Source: Antedon mediterranea
Taxonomy: Eukaryota; Animalia; Echinodermata
Reading direction: 5' to 3'
Assembly (NCBI RefSeq): GCF_964355755.1
Contig: NC_092675.1
Location: 987,812 to 1,051,811, forward strand
Length of the DNA stretch: 64,000 nt
The notes under the pieces are model-generated. The model worked only from the letters and a program-made list of their open reading frames with translations. It searched no databases and was not told where the DNA came from. Positions 31,401 to 42,537 of this stretch are shown here, piece after piece (position 1 is the stretch's first letter; every line of letters begins with the position of its first letter). Made by a program: the position numbers and the translations under genes.

Positions 31401-34400
31401 GGCACCAACAATTACGTCCTTTAAGGCTAGATACAAATCTCATTTCTTTTCATAAAAAACTGACATGTATTATATTTAATTAAGTTTCTCTTTTGTATAT
31501 TTTGATTAAGACAGGACCACAATGTAAAACAGATACACTGTTATCTGATTGTTTTATCCTGTATAAATATATTATTTATTATTATTATTATTATTATTAA
31601 CAGGGCTTTTCTTTGAAACATCATTGATTAACGTAATATTTCAGTTTCAGTTTATTTTCCATTTCAATTTCTGAACATAAGATAAACAACTTATGGATGG
31701 ATAACCTATCGTTAGCCGGTCACCCGTTAGTGCAGTGACATTACAGACAACATAAAGACAAGACAAAGGTGCAATACATAACAAGACATGTGAACACTTG
31801 TGTTTGCAACCCCTTGGATAAACTAATATATTTATATAAAGGAGAAAATTAGATATTATATTTCTTTTTGATCATAAAATGATAATTTTTAAATTACTTC
31901 TTAAGAAGGTTAACATGAAGATTACATATAGCTATTTTTGTTTTTACTAGTACATGGTAATAAAATCTGAATATCATCTGTTAGATATTTATCTGAAGAA
32001 AAAAGCACAGACTGAAAATGAAATGTTGGATAATTATTACAGTTACCTTTTATAAAATAACATTTGTATATTAAGTACACGTAGGCCTATATAGTACACT
32101 GTATGTTTCGATATATTTGAAAAAAATTCAGAGTGAATTTTATTTTTTACAATTACATTTTTTGAAATCAAGACACGAACAGTATTTATGTCTCTACCTT
32201 CACTACAGTCTTGTCCTTTGAATCCTGGTGGGCATACACACAGTCCAGAGACATCATCACATACACCACCATTATAACACGTAGGACAGAAGTTTTGACA
32301 ATCAGCACCCCAGCGAGACGCTGAGCAACCTGGAGAAAGTACCTCAATTAAATGCATGTAATTGGTACAATCAAATCATCTCATAAGGTGATAAAAATCA
32401 GGGAAGAGTGAAATTGTAGTTTCACTCTTCCCTGATAAAATTAGTAGTCAGGAATAATATTAAGTTGTTCTCCGAATGTGCTTCCAATAAAATAAATACT
32501 TGAAAAAAAAATTGAGGCCATATGTAGTATGTGAAATCACTTTATTAATGGAAATTTGCTATAATCTTCAATTATATCAAATCTATTTAAATAACTATAT
32601 ACATGTTGTACGTTGTTACATTTTGATTGTGAATGATATTCAATTTAGAAATAATGTATGTCATGACTAAGGTGACTAAGTTTTTCAAAACGTAAAGAAT
32701 TAAAAAAAATTGTTCAAAAGTTTTACTTGACACTGCCAATCAAGTAAACAATTTAGACAAAGTCAAGTAGTATATTATATGTAGGCCTATAAGTATTTTA
32801 TATAATTAATCTCTTATAGTTATGTAATTCATTTATTTACCTCTTACAATAAGTCTTACAATGGCGTGTTTACTTTCCTGTCTTCTGTCATTTAGGTAGC
32901 ATTCATATATACCACCGTCGTCTTTCGTGACATATGGAATTGTGGTAGTGGTTAAACCAGACCAGCTGTCAATAACATTTCCATCACGTCGCCATCTTAG
33001 ATCATCTGCATCACCTTCTGTTAACTGCATCTTTATTGTAACAGTTTCTCCAAAACTTACAGTCTGTGTTTGCTTTTTAGGTTTGATATAAGCTTTAAAA
33101 ACAATGGCTATATCTATCATTTTAATTTACTAAGCTGTATATTAAATACACTTTATAAATTTATAATTTATTCGTCGTAATCAATCAAAACATATACGAA
33201 AAGTGTCTTCTTTGGCAGGTAATAAGATATTTAAAACACCGTTTAAAATACATTTCAAATACGGTGCTTTTAAAAGCATAAAATTATGTTTAATAAATTA
33301 TATTTAAAATACTGGATTGAACGTTTCTGTTAAATTTCGAATTATAAATGTGAATTGAATTTTGAAATAAATATGGTTTTAATTATTTTGATCTTGGTGG
33401 TTAACGCTTTCTTTTCGTACTAACCTTCATTTGCTAGTATAATTAAAGGAATGTATGACGATGACATTTGGTTTCTCAAACCTGTCAAATTACAGAAGAA
33501 AGCTCCAACTCTGTGACTGCCAGCTGATTCTGACAAAAATTGCCTGTAATAATAGCGCTTGTCTCTAAAATGTTTTCCATGTTCAGGTGTATATGATCTT
33601 TGTATGTTATCGCCACTTCCAGTATCAACTACCCGTCCAAATGTTATGCTGAGGGTTTGTGGATCTTCTACATATTCGATATAGCTACCGATAAAAGCAT
33701 AGTCAGTTATGGGAGCGAGTGAGCGAAGAGGATCAACAGTTACACATGTTTGATCAGCAATGTCACCTAAAAAAAAACACGTTTGTGTGAAAATGTTTTA
33801 CTCTATACAAATAAATTCTTTTTATTTCTTTTCTGTAGATGTAACCCACATTTATTAATTCTCTCTAGCACATTTCAGTAAAATCACATAAATAATGAGA
33901 TTTTAAAAGTGTTATAAAAAGATATTGGCATTATTAAACTAAAAACATTTTATAGGCTTTAAAATAATCACATAACATATCAAACAAATTAATACAAACA
34001 TATCCTCCAATTATGGTGTACGGTATGTTTATATCACAAAATAATGTTTTTTTGTTAATGTATACTATATTATTATCTTAATATTTAAGCTTTATGCTAA
34101 TTGCAATTTTTAAATAAAACTAATTAAAAATGGATTAATCATGATATAGGCTTATATTTCTATTTTCCTTTATTTTGTGGTGGAAACCCTCTTCTATATA
34201 TAAATTTACGTAAGGGCAAAATTCGGTAAATCGCGCCTTACTTTTAGAATTTGTACTCGATGGTACATAAAGTTGTTTCGTATTTTCGGTACTGATTTTA
34301 ACCACCTGATGTAACCCTGACGATTAAAACGAATTTAGGTTCAACGATTTGCCCCAAATAGGGGTGTTTTCCAATCGTGGTATACACTGTCTAATGGATG

Positions 34401-36559
34401 TCCATCTTGAAAAATACCCGCCACAAAAATGCGAGGAGGCCTCGCATTTTCCTATCTCCTCCTACGATAATTGTTTTTAATAGCTGAAAACCGGTTGAAC
34501 AGCTAGAGTACAGCATCATAATGTTGAAGACAGGCCGATTTTCTTTAAAAAATACTATTTTGATAGATTTAATATACGTTTATACAAATGTATTGATTTG
34601 CGATGAATGGAACATCCCAATCTCTCAGTCTGCCAGAGTTTGGTTTAACATACGGTAGGTAAATATATGGGCCCTTTGAGAATAAACTTGCAATACTTTG
34701 ACAATACTGTAAATACCTATTAACTATTGTTGGTCCTCATTTGAATCGAACATAATCTAATAGTACGAACATTCACAGTAAGATTCTTACTGTGAATGTT
34801 CGTACTGTTAGATTTAATATAAAAATATATACAAATAAACTTTATTACTGAGATTGTGGATAGGCTCTACTGTTAGATATATAAACACATTATTATATAC
34901 AAATAAACTTTATACTGACAGTTCCTTCTCAACGTTTGTATTAATTAATAATTACCAAAAATATAAACGTCGTAGTGGTGTATCGTGACATGTACTTTAA
35001 TATATCAATCGAATATGACAGTGACAGTTTTAACAAAGTATTATTTATTAAATCACAAATGCTTTACTGTATTTAGAGGTATAGTATTCATAGGCCTATA
35101 GTAAAATATGAAAAAATATTTCGTTACTTAGTGGATAAAGAATATATTTAAAAATTGTTCCTCTTTGTACCTATCCGCTTTCCCATCCCTAATGTTACAT
35201 ACAAAACACAAATTGGGTTTCTTTAAATGAGTCCAAATCAAAAATTTGGACTCATTTTGATAAGTTTCTCCTTCGGAAGTAATTCCCAGGGTGCTAATTT
35301 TAGTTGACTACATAAATCATCGTGTCTATTTATTCGTTTCTGTAAACGACAATGTATTATAGTCCTGCGGTACGTACATTTGAAATCGCCAGTTTTGCTA
35401 CGCTGAAATTACTGTGTATTCGAGAACCATCTGTGGGCACGACCTAGATGGTACGCGAGGGAAGCGAGCGTACCATCTAGTTTATTTAATTTCATTTGAG
35501 ATAAAATAGTGTTTATAAAGTAATAAAATATATCTATACATATACATTCTCATAAGTTACATACACACATTAATAAATAATGCATGATTATGGGATGACA
35601 TATAATGTATTAAATTACCATGATGTATTAAACTGCAATGAAACAAAATCTATTCAGTTGAGTTTTTTGCTGTCAAAAGTGGAAGAGAGAGAGAGGGGGG
35701 GGGGGGATATATTCAAAGTAATTTTCATTTATAATTAAAAGTGTTATGTGATAAAGTATAAGCAGTGATAGCCACTTGACATTATTTAGTTGCAAGAGGG
35801 AACCAAGCAACTATTATCATTCGTTGGGCGCATTAATTGATGGTCTAGTTTGGAAAAATCTCTTTAGTAGTATTTGGTCTAGCATTTTATAGCATCCTGG
35901 GGCTGGGCTGGAATGTATTTCTCCGCGGAAATGTCATACTAAGCATATTCTTCTCCCTATCAACAGTACAAATACAATAGAATAGGCTTAACGCTGTTCT
36001 TTTACTACAGTAATGATTGATATTATTCTTATTTTAATCAATATTTTGTACGAGAACTGCAAACCATACTATACAACCAGCACAGGAGTCACTCCTCGAC
36101 CATTGCTCTGGTGGTAGAACAGGTCTTTGCGGATAAAGACTTAAAACTGAAGATCCAGTGTACACGTGTGACTCATGTAATATAATGTACTTTAAAGGAC
36201 CCAGTTCATCTTTCGGAAGAGTAGGGGGATTACCCGGCCCCGGTGTACTGGTCAGCCCCGTCGTTGTGGACAGCTCAGTTAGGCTGAAAGACACAGGTTA
36301 TTCCACCACCGCATTTAATATTTATGAAATACAATCTTAAATGTCATAAGCATGTTTCTTTGATATAATCGATGTAAGTAGTAGTGATATCGGTGGCTTC
36401 TTGAAGGTTCAACTTGTAATGTATTTTCTGGTAATTATTTTTAAACCCTCCATCCATCCTACAAAATGGTACAAGTAAATTGTAATGAAAAAAAAACTTA
36501 CCATAGGAAAAACCACAAAATATTGATAACAAAACGCAGGTTTTGATTTGAAAGGTCAT
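17418..36559 (-). CDS. TIE-like kinase-less receptor, copy A: signal peptide, Ig, Ig, 4 EGF/laminin-EGF exons, Ig, 8 FN3, TM, short tyrosine-motif tail
   Basis: Exons 36559-36502 (MTFQIKTCVLLSIFCGFSYG), 33766-33425 (RVGAFFC), 33092-32841 (DGGIYECY..HAIVRLIVR), 32329-32198 (CPTCYNGGVCDDVSGLCVCPPGFKGQDC), 29626-29483, 28898-28764, 28681-28535, 28114-27827. FN3 exons 25545-25222, 24954-24884 plus 24320-24095, 23638-23336, 23058-22750, 21611-21294, 21054-20761, 19947-19672, 19259-18942. TM 18536-~18412 (FVVGMMFVGVLIGIALTLFTCFVI), microexon 18178-18146, last exon ~17552-17418. Confidence 0.88.
17636..17988 (-). mobile_element. tRNA-derived SINE, near full length
   Basis: On the minus strand: A box TGGCCGAGCGG, B box GGTTCGAGGCC, central domain ..cccagttcattattcgaaaaagagtagggggttacccc.., A-rich tail. 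Absent from the equivalent intron of paralog B. Confidence 0.8.
20029..20540. mobile_element. Non-autonomous TIR element (Kolobok-like family); copies at about 4971-5302 and 24417-24764
   Basis: atgtattgtccc ... ggggacaatacat inverted ends. Confidence 0.6.
21730..22531 (+). mobile_element. Helentron-associated (HINE/DINE-1-like) element with GACA/GACC microsatellite; short relatives at 29096-29214, 47300-47406, 59370-59490
   Basis: Starts aacaaggcc..gtcgcgtgct, has (gaca)n/(gacc)n tracts and a 3' stem-loop agtcgc-ttccac-gcgact followed by an A run. The block catagtgataccgga..gacatagtgaactata occurs twice. Confidence 0.65.
24417..24764. mobile_element. Kolobok-like MITE in the intron splitting FN3-2 of copy A
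   Basis: ttaa-agatgtattgtcccc ... ggggacaatacatct-ttaa: perfect TIR with TTAA flanks. Confidence 0.7.
25609..27594. mobile_element. Mutator/Phantom-like foldback element with tandemly repeated subterminal arms and 9-bp TSD
   Basis: gcagtaact at 25600-25608 and 27595-27603. Left arm has (ggacaactacccccc)n at 25609-25870, right arm has inverse (gggggtagttgtcc)n at 26940-27594. No transposase ORF. Confidence 0.8.
25949..26328. mobile_element. Nested TIR element with ~20-bp gggtctcccttttcgtata tandem array
   Basis: cgagaccaga..gagacccaatacgaaaagggagacc is the inverse of ggtctctcttttcgtattgggtcttgggtatctggtctcg. Confidence 0.65.
29740..31598 (+). mobile_element. 5'-truncated LINE (CR1/L2-group) ORF2 C-terminus with (TTA)n tail, interrupted by a DNA transposon
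   Basis: ITVWGNT..QKRAARIVT..LSWQTLEEKRD..LMYKCVYGLAP..NLNVT, then IPKY..SFKVAGAKIWNNLPINIKSAPTITSFKARYK*, then an attattatta tail. Confidence 0.85.
30070..31305. mobile_element. Non-autonomous hAT-like DNA transposon with 6-bp TSD
   Basis: TIR cagggcatca ... tgatgccctg. gtaaca lies on both sides (30064-30069, 31306-31311). Subterminal aggagagc..gctc motifs. Confidence 0.8.
34193..35480 (+). mobile_element. Non-autonomous Helitron in intron 1 of copy A
   Basis: 5' TCTATATATAAATTTACG. 3' hairpin ctagatggtacgc..gcgtaccatCTAG followed by T. Near-identical sequence at 37648 onward. Confidence 0.75.
36080..36340 (+). mobile_element. SINE related to the 17.6-18.0 kb element (diverged subfamily)
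   Basis: ctggtggtagaacaggtctttgcggataaagact..ccagtgtacac..tactttaaaggacccagttcatctttcggaagagtaggggg matches the reverse complement of 17760-17890. Confidence 0.7.
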
Positions 36560-37647
36560 TTTTACATTGAATGCCTCTTGTGTGTCCTACACACACTGTT
36601 GCCGATCTATTGGAAGCTAAAGATCCGCTAAAGATGCTCCGGAAATTTGGCCAAAGTAATGAATTTTGATATGTTTAAACTGGGAACCAAATAAGGAAAG
36701 CAAAAAGGCGTGGACATTCATAATCCAGTTAACATATTTGAATACAATTAATGTAAATAAAACAAAATTGAACAATATCATAACACTTGTTTTACTTTAA
36801 TAAAAATGATTGAATAATTTTAATATTGAATATTTATTTTTATTGCTATGATTTCTTTTTATTTTTTTTTAATATTTATAAAGCGTCATGTTATTGAATT
36901 TTTGCTGTTATGTTTGATGTGTTTGAAATAATAATAAATATCATTGTTTATAGCATAAATTTTGGAGGAAAGTAATAACTTTACTGAAAATATATTATTA
37001 TATTACATAGCCTTGTTCAATATTATGTACAAAGTAAGGCCTATGCAGCAATATTGCTTCCTTGTTAAACCTACATAAAGTAGGTATAATATTTTACTAA
37101 ACCGGAAAATTAAAGGGTCTGAGAGTACCCAGGTCCTTCACTTAAAAGTCTCAATGATAAGTTGCCTTACCTCGATATGTAACACGACACACATGCACAG
37201 TTTTAAGTGGAAGAAGCCACGCAAGACCTGGACCAAAAACAAAGTATAGTGATCGTTATGTGGCTAGTCAGATGCAATAACAATAACAAATGGTGTTCAA
37301 TATTTTTTATATTGCTTAGCTGAAAGAATATTTCCTGTATTGTTTGATTTCAACTAACTTTCTGATCGCTTCTTGGATCGGAAAGTTTTTAAAAATATCT
37401 TTTATTTAAAGCATTATTGCTGGCGCATAATGTCGCATTGCATTGCACTATTGTTTACTGGCATTCGTGCTTATTTACATATCAGGTGAAGTATTGAATA
37501 GGCTGCGAGGGCGTTGTTTTAACAGAAGCATAGTTGTTGTCGAATAAGGCATGTTATCGTTTTATTTCTTTAAGATAAGATGTGAATTGTTGACGATACT
37601 ATGAGTAGTTAACTTGATATAGTTCTAACAGTGATGTATTTATTACA

Positions 37648-40037
37648 AAATTTACGTAAGGGCAAAATTCGGTAAATCGCGCCTTACTTCTAGAATTTTC
37701 ACTCGATGGTATGTAAAGTTGGTTCGTACTTTCGGTACTGATTTTAACCACCTGATGTAACCCTGTTTACTAATTAAATTGAGTTAGATAATTAGTTATT
37801 GACGATTAAAACGAATTTAGGTTCAACGATTTGCCCCAAATAGGGGTGTTTTCCGATCGTGGTATACACTGTCTAATGGATGTCCATCTTGAAAAATACC
37901 CGCCAAAAAAATGCGAGGAGGCTTCGCATTTTTCTATCTCCTCCTACGATAATTGTTTTTAATAGCTGAAAACCGGTTGAACAGCTAGAGTACACCATCA
38001 TAATGTTGAAGACAGGCCGATTTTCTTTAAAAAATACTATTTTGATAGATTTAATATACGATTATACAAATGTATTGATTTGCGATGAATGGAACATCCC
38101 AATCTCTCAGTCTGCCAGAGTTTGGTTTAACACAAGTACTGTAGGTAAATTTATGAGCCCTTGGTTTAACACATACGGTAGGTAAATATATGGGCCCTTT
38201 GAGAATAAACTTGCAATACTTTGACAATACTGTAAATACCTATTAACTATTTTTCATTTGAATCGAACATTTCTTACTGTGAATGTTCGTACTGTTAGAT
38301 GTAATATAAAAATATATACAAATAAACTTTATTACTGAGACTGTGGATAGGCTCTACTGTTAGATATACAAATAAACTTTATACTGACAGTTCCTTCTCA
38401 ACGTTTGTATTAATTAATAATTACCAAAAATATAAACGTCGTAGTGGTGTATCGTGACATGTACTTTAATATTTCAATCGATTATGACAGTGACAGTTTT
38501 AACAAAGTATTAAATCGCAAATGTTTTAGGCCTACTGTATTTAGAGGTATATTATTTATAGGCCTATAAAACATGAACAAAATATTTCGTTACTCAGTGG
38601 ATAAAGAATATATTTAAAAATTGTTCCTCTTTGTACCTATCCGCTTTCCCATCCCTCAACCCTAATGTTACATAGCGAGGAGGCTTCGCATTTTCCTATC
38701 TCCTCCTACGATAATTGTTTTTAATAGCTGAAAACCGGTTGAACAGCTAGAGTACACCATCATAATGTTGAAGACAGGCCGATTTTCTTTAAAAAATACT
38801 ATTTTGATAGATTGCTAGAGTACACCATCATAATGTTGAAGACAGGCCGATTTTCTTTAAAAAAATACTATTTTGATAGATTTAATATACGATTATACAA
38901 ATGTATTGATTTGCGATGAATGGAACATCCCAATCTCTCTCAGTCTGCCAGAGTTTGGTTTAACACAAGTACTGTAGGTAAATTTATGAGCCCTTGGTTT
39001 AACACATACGGTAGGTAAATATATGGGCCCTTTGAGAATAAACTTGCAATAGGTTCGGAAAATGTTAAAAACCAATTTCTATTATTTGAATCGGTAAACA
39101 GTTTCCATTTATTATACATTGATAATGAAACATGAAATATTCCTATTTATGTCCCTCGAGGTTCATTACAATTTATATTTAGTAGTCCCACGGACTTCAT
39201 CTTAGCCACTCCCCCGAGTGCTAAGGCCAAATTTATGATACCCTACTTTCTATGTAAGTTTATGTGCTTATAAATTAAGACTCATGTAAACAGCTTGATT
39301 ACATCATTTTACAGACAAACGAAACTTTTTTAAACCTAGTGTTTCAATAACTGAGTATAATACTGTATACGTTTTCATAAGTAAGCGCATATACATTTTC
39401 GTGTTTTCATTGACGAGATTGTAATAGTAACTTCAGTAACTATTACAGTACTTATTTATTATACGACACAAGACAATTGTATCTGACAGGTACGTACATT
39501 ATTCTAAAAAATAAGTCTAGATAGATCCCTTAGGCGTCATAAATCACAGGCCAACAAATCAGTACTCATGACAGAAATTCGACCCAGTTTGGTTCACAAA
39601 AATGTTTACAGGAATTTCAACACCACAACCGATGATTTTTTAGGTAGACTACAGTTTAATTTTTCACTGAATAGAAGCTTGCATTTCCGATTTCCATTTC
39701 GCAGAATGTCTAGGTCTATTTATTTAGTTTGGTTCTTATAATATATAAATACAATCAACGTTATTACTGCGGTTCCATCACCACCACCACGTGCCGCCCA
39801 ATTCCCGTACATACATTTCCATTTCTCCCTAATTTCTTTAATCCACATAAATTAATTGTCCTTTATGGAATCCAGTATTGGTTTTGTTGTCTCTATTTCT
39901 GAATACCCCAATTAGGGGGACACTTCCGTTTTTGTTTAGTGTCCCAAAAAAGTCCCCGTCCGTGGATTCTACTGTATTCGAGAACCATCTGTGAGCACCC
40001 CTAGATGGTACGCGAGCGAAGCGAGCGTGCCATCTAG
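37648..40037 (+). mobile_element. Second Helitron copy, upstream of copy A, with internal duplications (38675-39050)
   Basis: 37648-38670 aligns with 34202-35200. Same 3' end tgtattcgagaaccatctgt..ctagatggtacgc..gcgtgccatCTAG. Confidence 0.7.
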
Positions 40038-40331
40038 TTTATTACAATGAATGAATTACTTAGTCTTTATATCGTTCATTTGTAACAACGACTATGATAA
40101 TTCAAGTTCAAGTTAAAAAAACATTTATTTATTCAATAATGGCATAATAGTATTGTACAGTAAAACATAGGTGTGTATTTAAATGAACATGTTAATAAAC
40201 TATCATTTGGGGTCTTCTCTAGAAGAAATCAAGTTTCTTGTCTTGAGAAAGACCCCAGAAACAATACACATACATATAAACTAATACAATTTTCTCTTAT
40301 TCTGCTTCTCTATGTGCCTACAAACGAAACA

Positions 40332-41186
40332 TATGGAACGCCGTTTACGCAACATTTCAATGATATGAATTTTATGACGCGATATGTGAATGAAATGCAT
40401 CGATATGAATTGAATGGCGCGATATATGAATGAAATGTTTTGAATTGAATGCTTTGAATTGAATGTTTTGAATGAAATGTTTTGAATGAAATGTTTTGAA
40501 TGAAATGTTTTGAATAAATTGTTTTGAATGCAATGTTTTGAATGAAATGTTTTGAATGAAATGTTTTGAATTAAATGTTTTAAATGAAATGTGTTGAATG
40601 AAATGTTTGAATTGAATTGAAAAGTCAAACTATTGGTGGCGTATGTCATTCTCGCTCGTGATTTTTTTCTCAAGCTCTTAGGCCTAAGCGTGGGTACCCT
40701 CATCTCCTTTCCACGCTGCCTTTACAGAGAATCCTAACAGACCTGGGTTCGGAAATATGTATTCCAATGTTTCAGATCTGTTAGGTTTCTCTGTAAAGGA
40801 TCCATATTGATGACAGCGTGGAAAGGAGATGAGGGTACCCAGGCTTAGGCCTAAGAGGTTAAAACAAAATCGCGAGCGGGAATGACATACGCCGCCAATA
40901 GTTTGACTTTTCAATTCAATTCAAACATTTCATTCAAAACATTTCATTCAAAACATTTCGTTCAAAACATTTCATTCAAAACATTTTATTCAAAACATTC
41001 AATTCAAAACATTTCATTCAAAACATTTCATTCAAAACATTTCATTCAAAACATTCAATTCAAAGCTTTCAATTCAAAACATTTCATTCATATATCGCGC
41101 CATTCAATTTCATATCGATGCATTTCATTCACATATCGCGTCATAAAATTCATATCATCAAAATGTTGCGTAAACGGCGTTCCATA
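40332..41186. mobile_element. 855-bp palindromic foldback element, IS3EU-like termini, 6-bp TSD
   Basis: tatggaacgccgtttacgcaacattt ... aaatgttgcgtaaacggcgttccata, with gaaaca on both flanks (40326-40331, 41187-41192). Arms contain (gaatgaaatgtttt)n and its inverse. Confidence 0.8.
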
Positions 41187-42537
41187 GAAACATACGTGTC
41201 GTTATCAATGAATTATTAAGCTCTTTGACACACAGCTTTGTCCTTGGATGACTTACCGTATTGAAGTTTAAAGTACATTGCTTGAATTTGGTGTTATGGA
41301 TCTGGTATTAAACTCGTTATTTTTCTTATTAATTATAGTGAAGTGATCATATTATGGTATATTAAATCTTCTGATTGTTTTCATTGTTGTTCAATGGAAT
41401 TGTCAAAATATTGAAACAATATGATACAAATTGATATTATATTGTATGCTGTTGTATTATATAGGGGGTTTTCTGCCGAGTAACAAGAGATAAAAATAAA
41501 TGTTCAGATCAGTGAGTAAACACAACCTCATCTTTGTATATCGCTCTGTTGCATGTGATATCTGTTCTCGTACACCAGCAATGGTCCAAACCAATCAAAA
41601 TATGTTGAGGGATTCCCGCCATTATCATGATCGAATTATCAAAACGTAGGTTTGCCTATGTTATGAACATTAGTCGGATGGCGTGTGTACATTTAGGCCT
41701 ATAAGGGAAACAAAAGTAGTACTTGTATTGAACAGACATTACAAGTATGAACGCCAAATTATGTAACACAATCATAAGCTCAACATAGTCTGACAAAAAA
41801 TGGTATAAGTAGTGACATGTTGGCATATATGGGCATATTCACATTTGTTGTCGCATGCAGCTTTAAACGGTTGAATCAGAGGCCCTTGATCTCATACAAT
41901 TATACTACTATCTATTACGCACACGTCAAATACAAGTGTACTGTATAAAACAATATATATCTATTCATTGATTAATAATAAATTTAATTGTTATTCTTTG
42001 TTTGAAAGACTAAGTAAAAACATATCTTTAAAAAAGGAAAACGTGAAGCGCACATAATCTACTGCATTATTATGATTAAACATTATAATACTTGGTGATA
42101 CTTTGTAGGGACCACAGATCTACTAATCATTTTGACAAACTTAAATACATTATATATTTAGCTCTACCATACGTTACCTCTTAATGATCTGACACGTTAT
42201 AAGATACAATAATATGGCCATGGTATAACATTAGAGACTAAAAATAAATAGATAATTAAAATTATCCGTGTAGGCCTACTTAGTATCAAGAACAAATTAC
42301 GTCAGAGTTGGGACAAATACCTGATCAACAATAATATACAGCTAATCGTACAAGCAAACAACATAGTACGGTATATAATCTAAGAGGAATACATTGCTCA
42401 TAATCAAAACAAAAACCAGTTTGCTTGATTTCCGCCATGATTTAACTAACTAATAATTGGAAAATCGTATAGTGAATTTACAGTGGAGACTATATATTAT
42501 AATGCATCATTTATAATGCAATTGGGGCTGGGATAAT

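Noticed and set aside
40281-41187. Mirror-image ORFs with ISFKTFHSKH repeats
   Set aside because: Arise from the microsatellite arms of the palindromic transposon.
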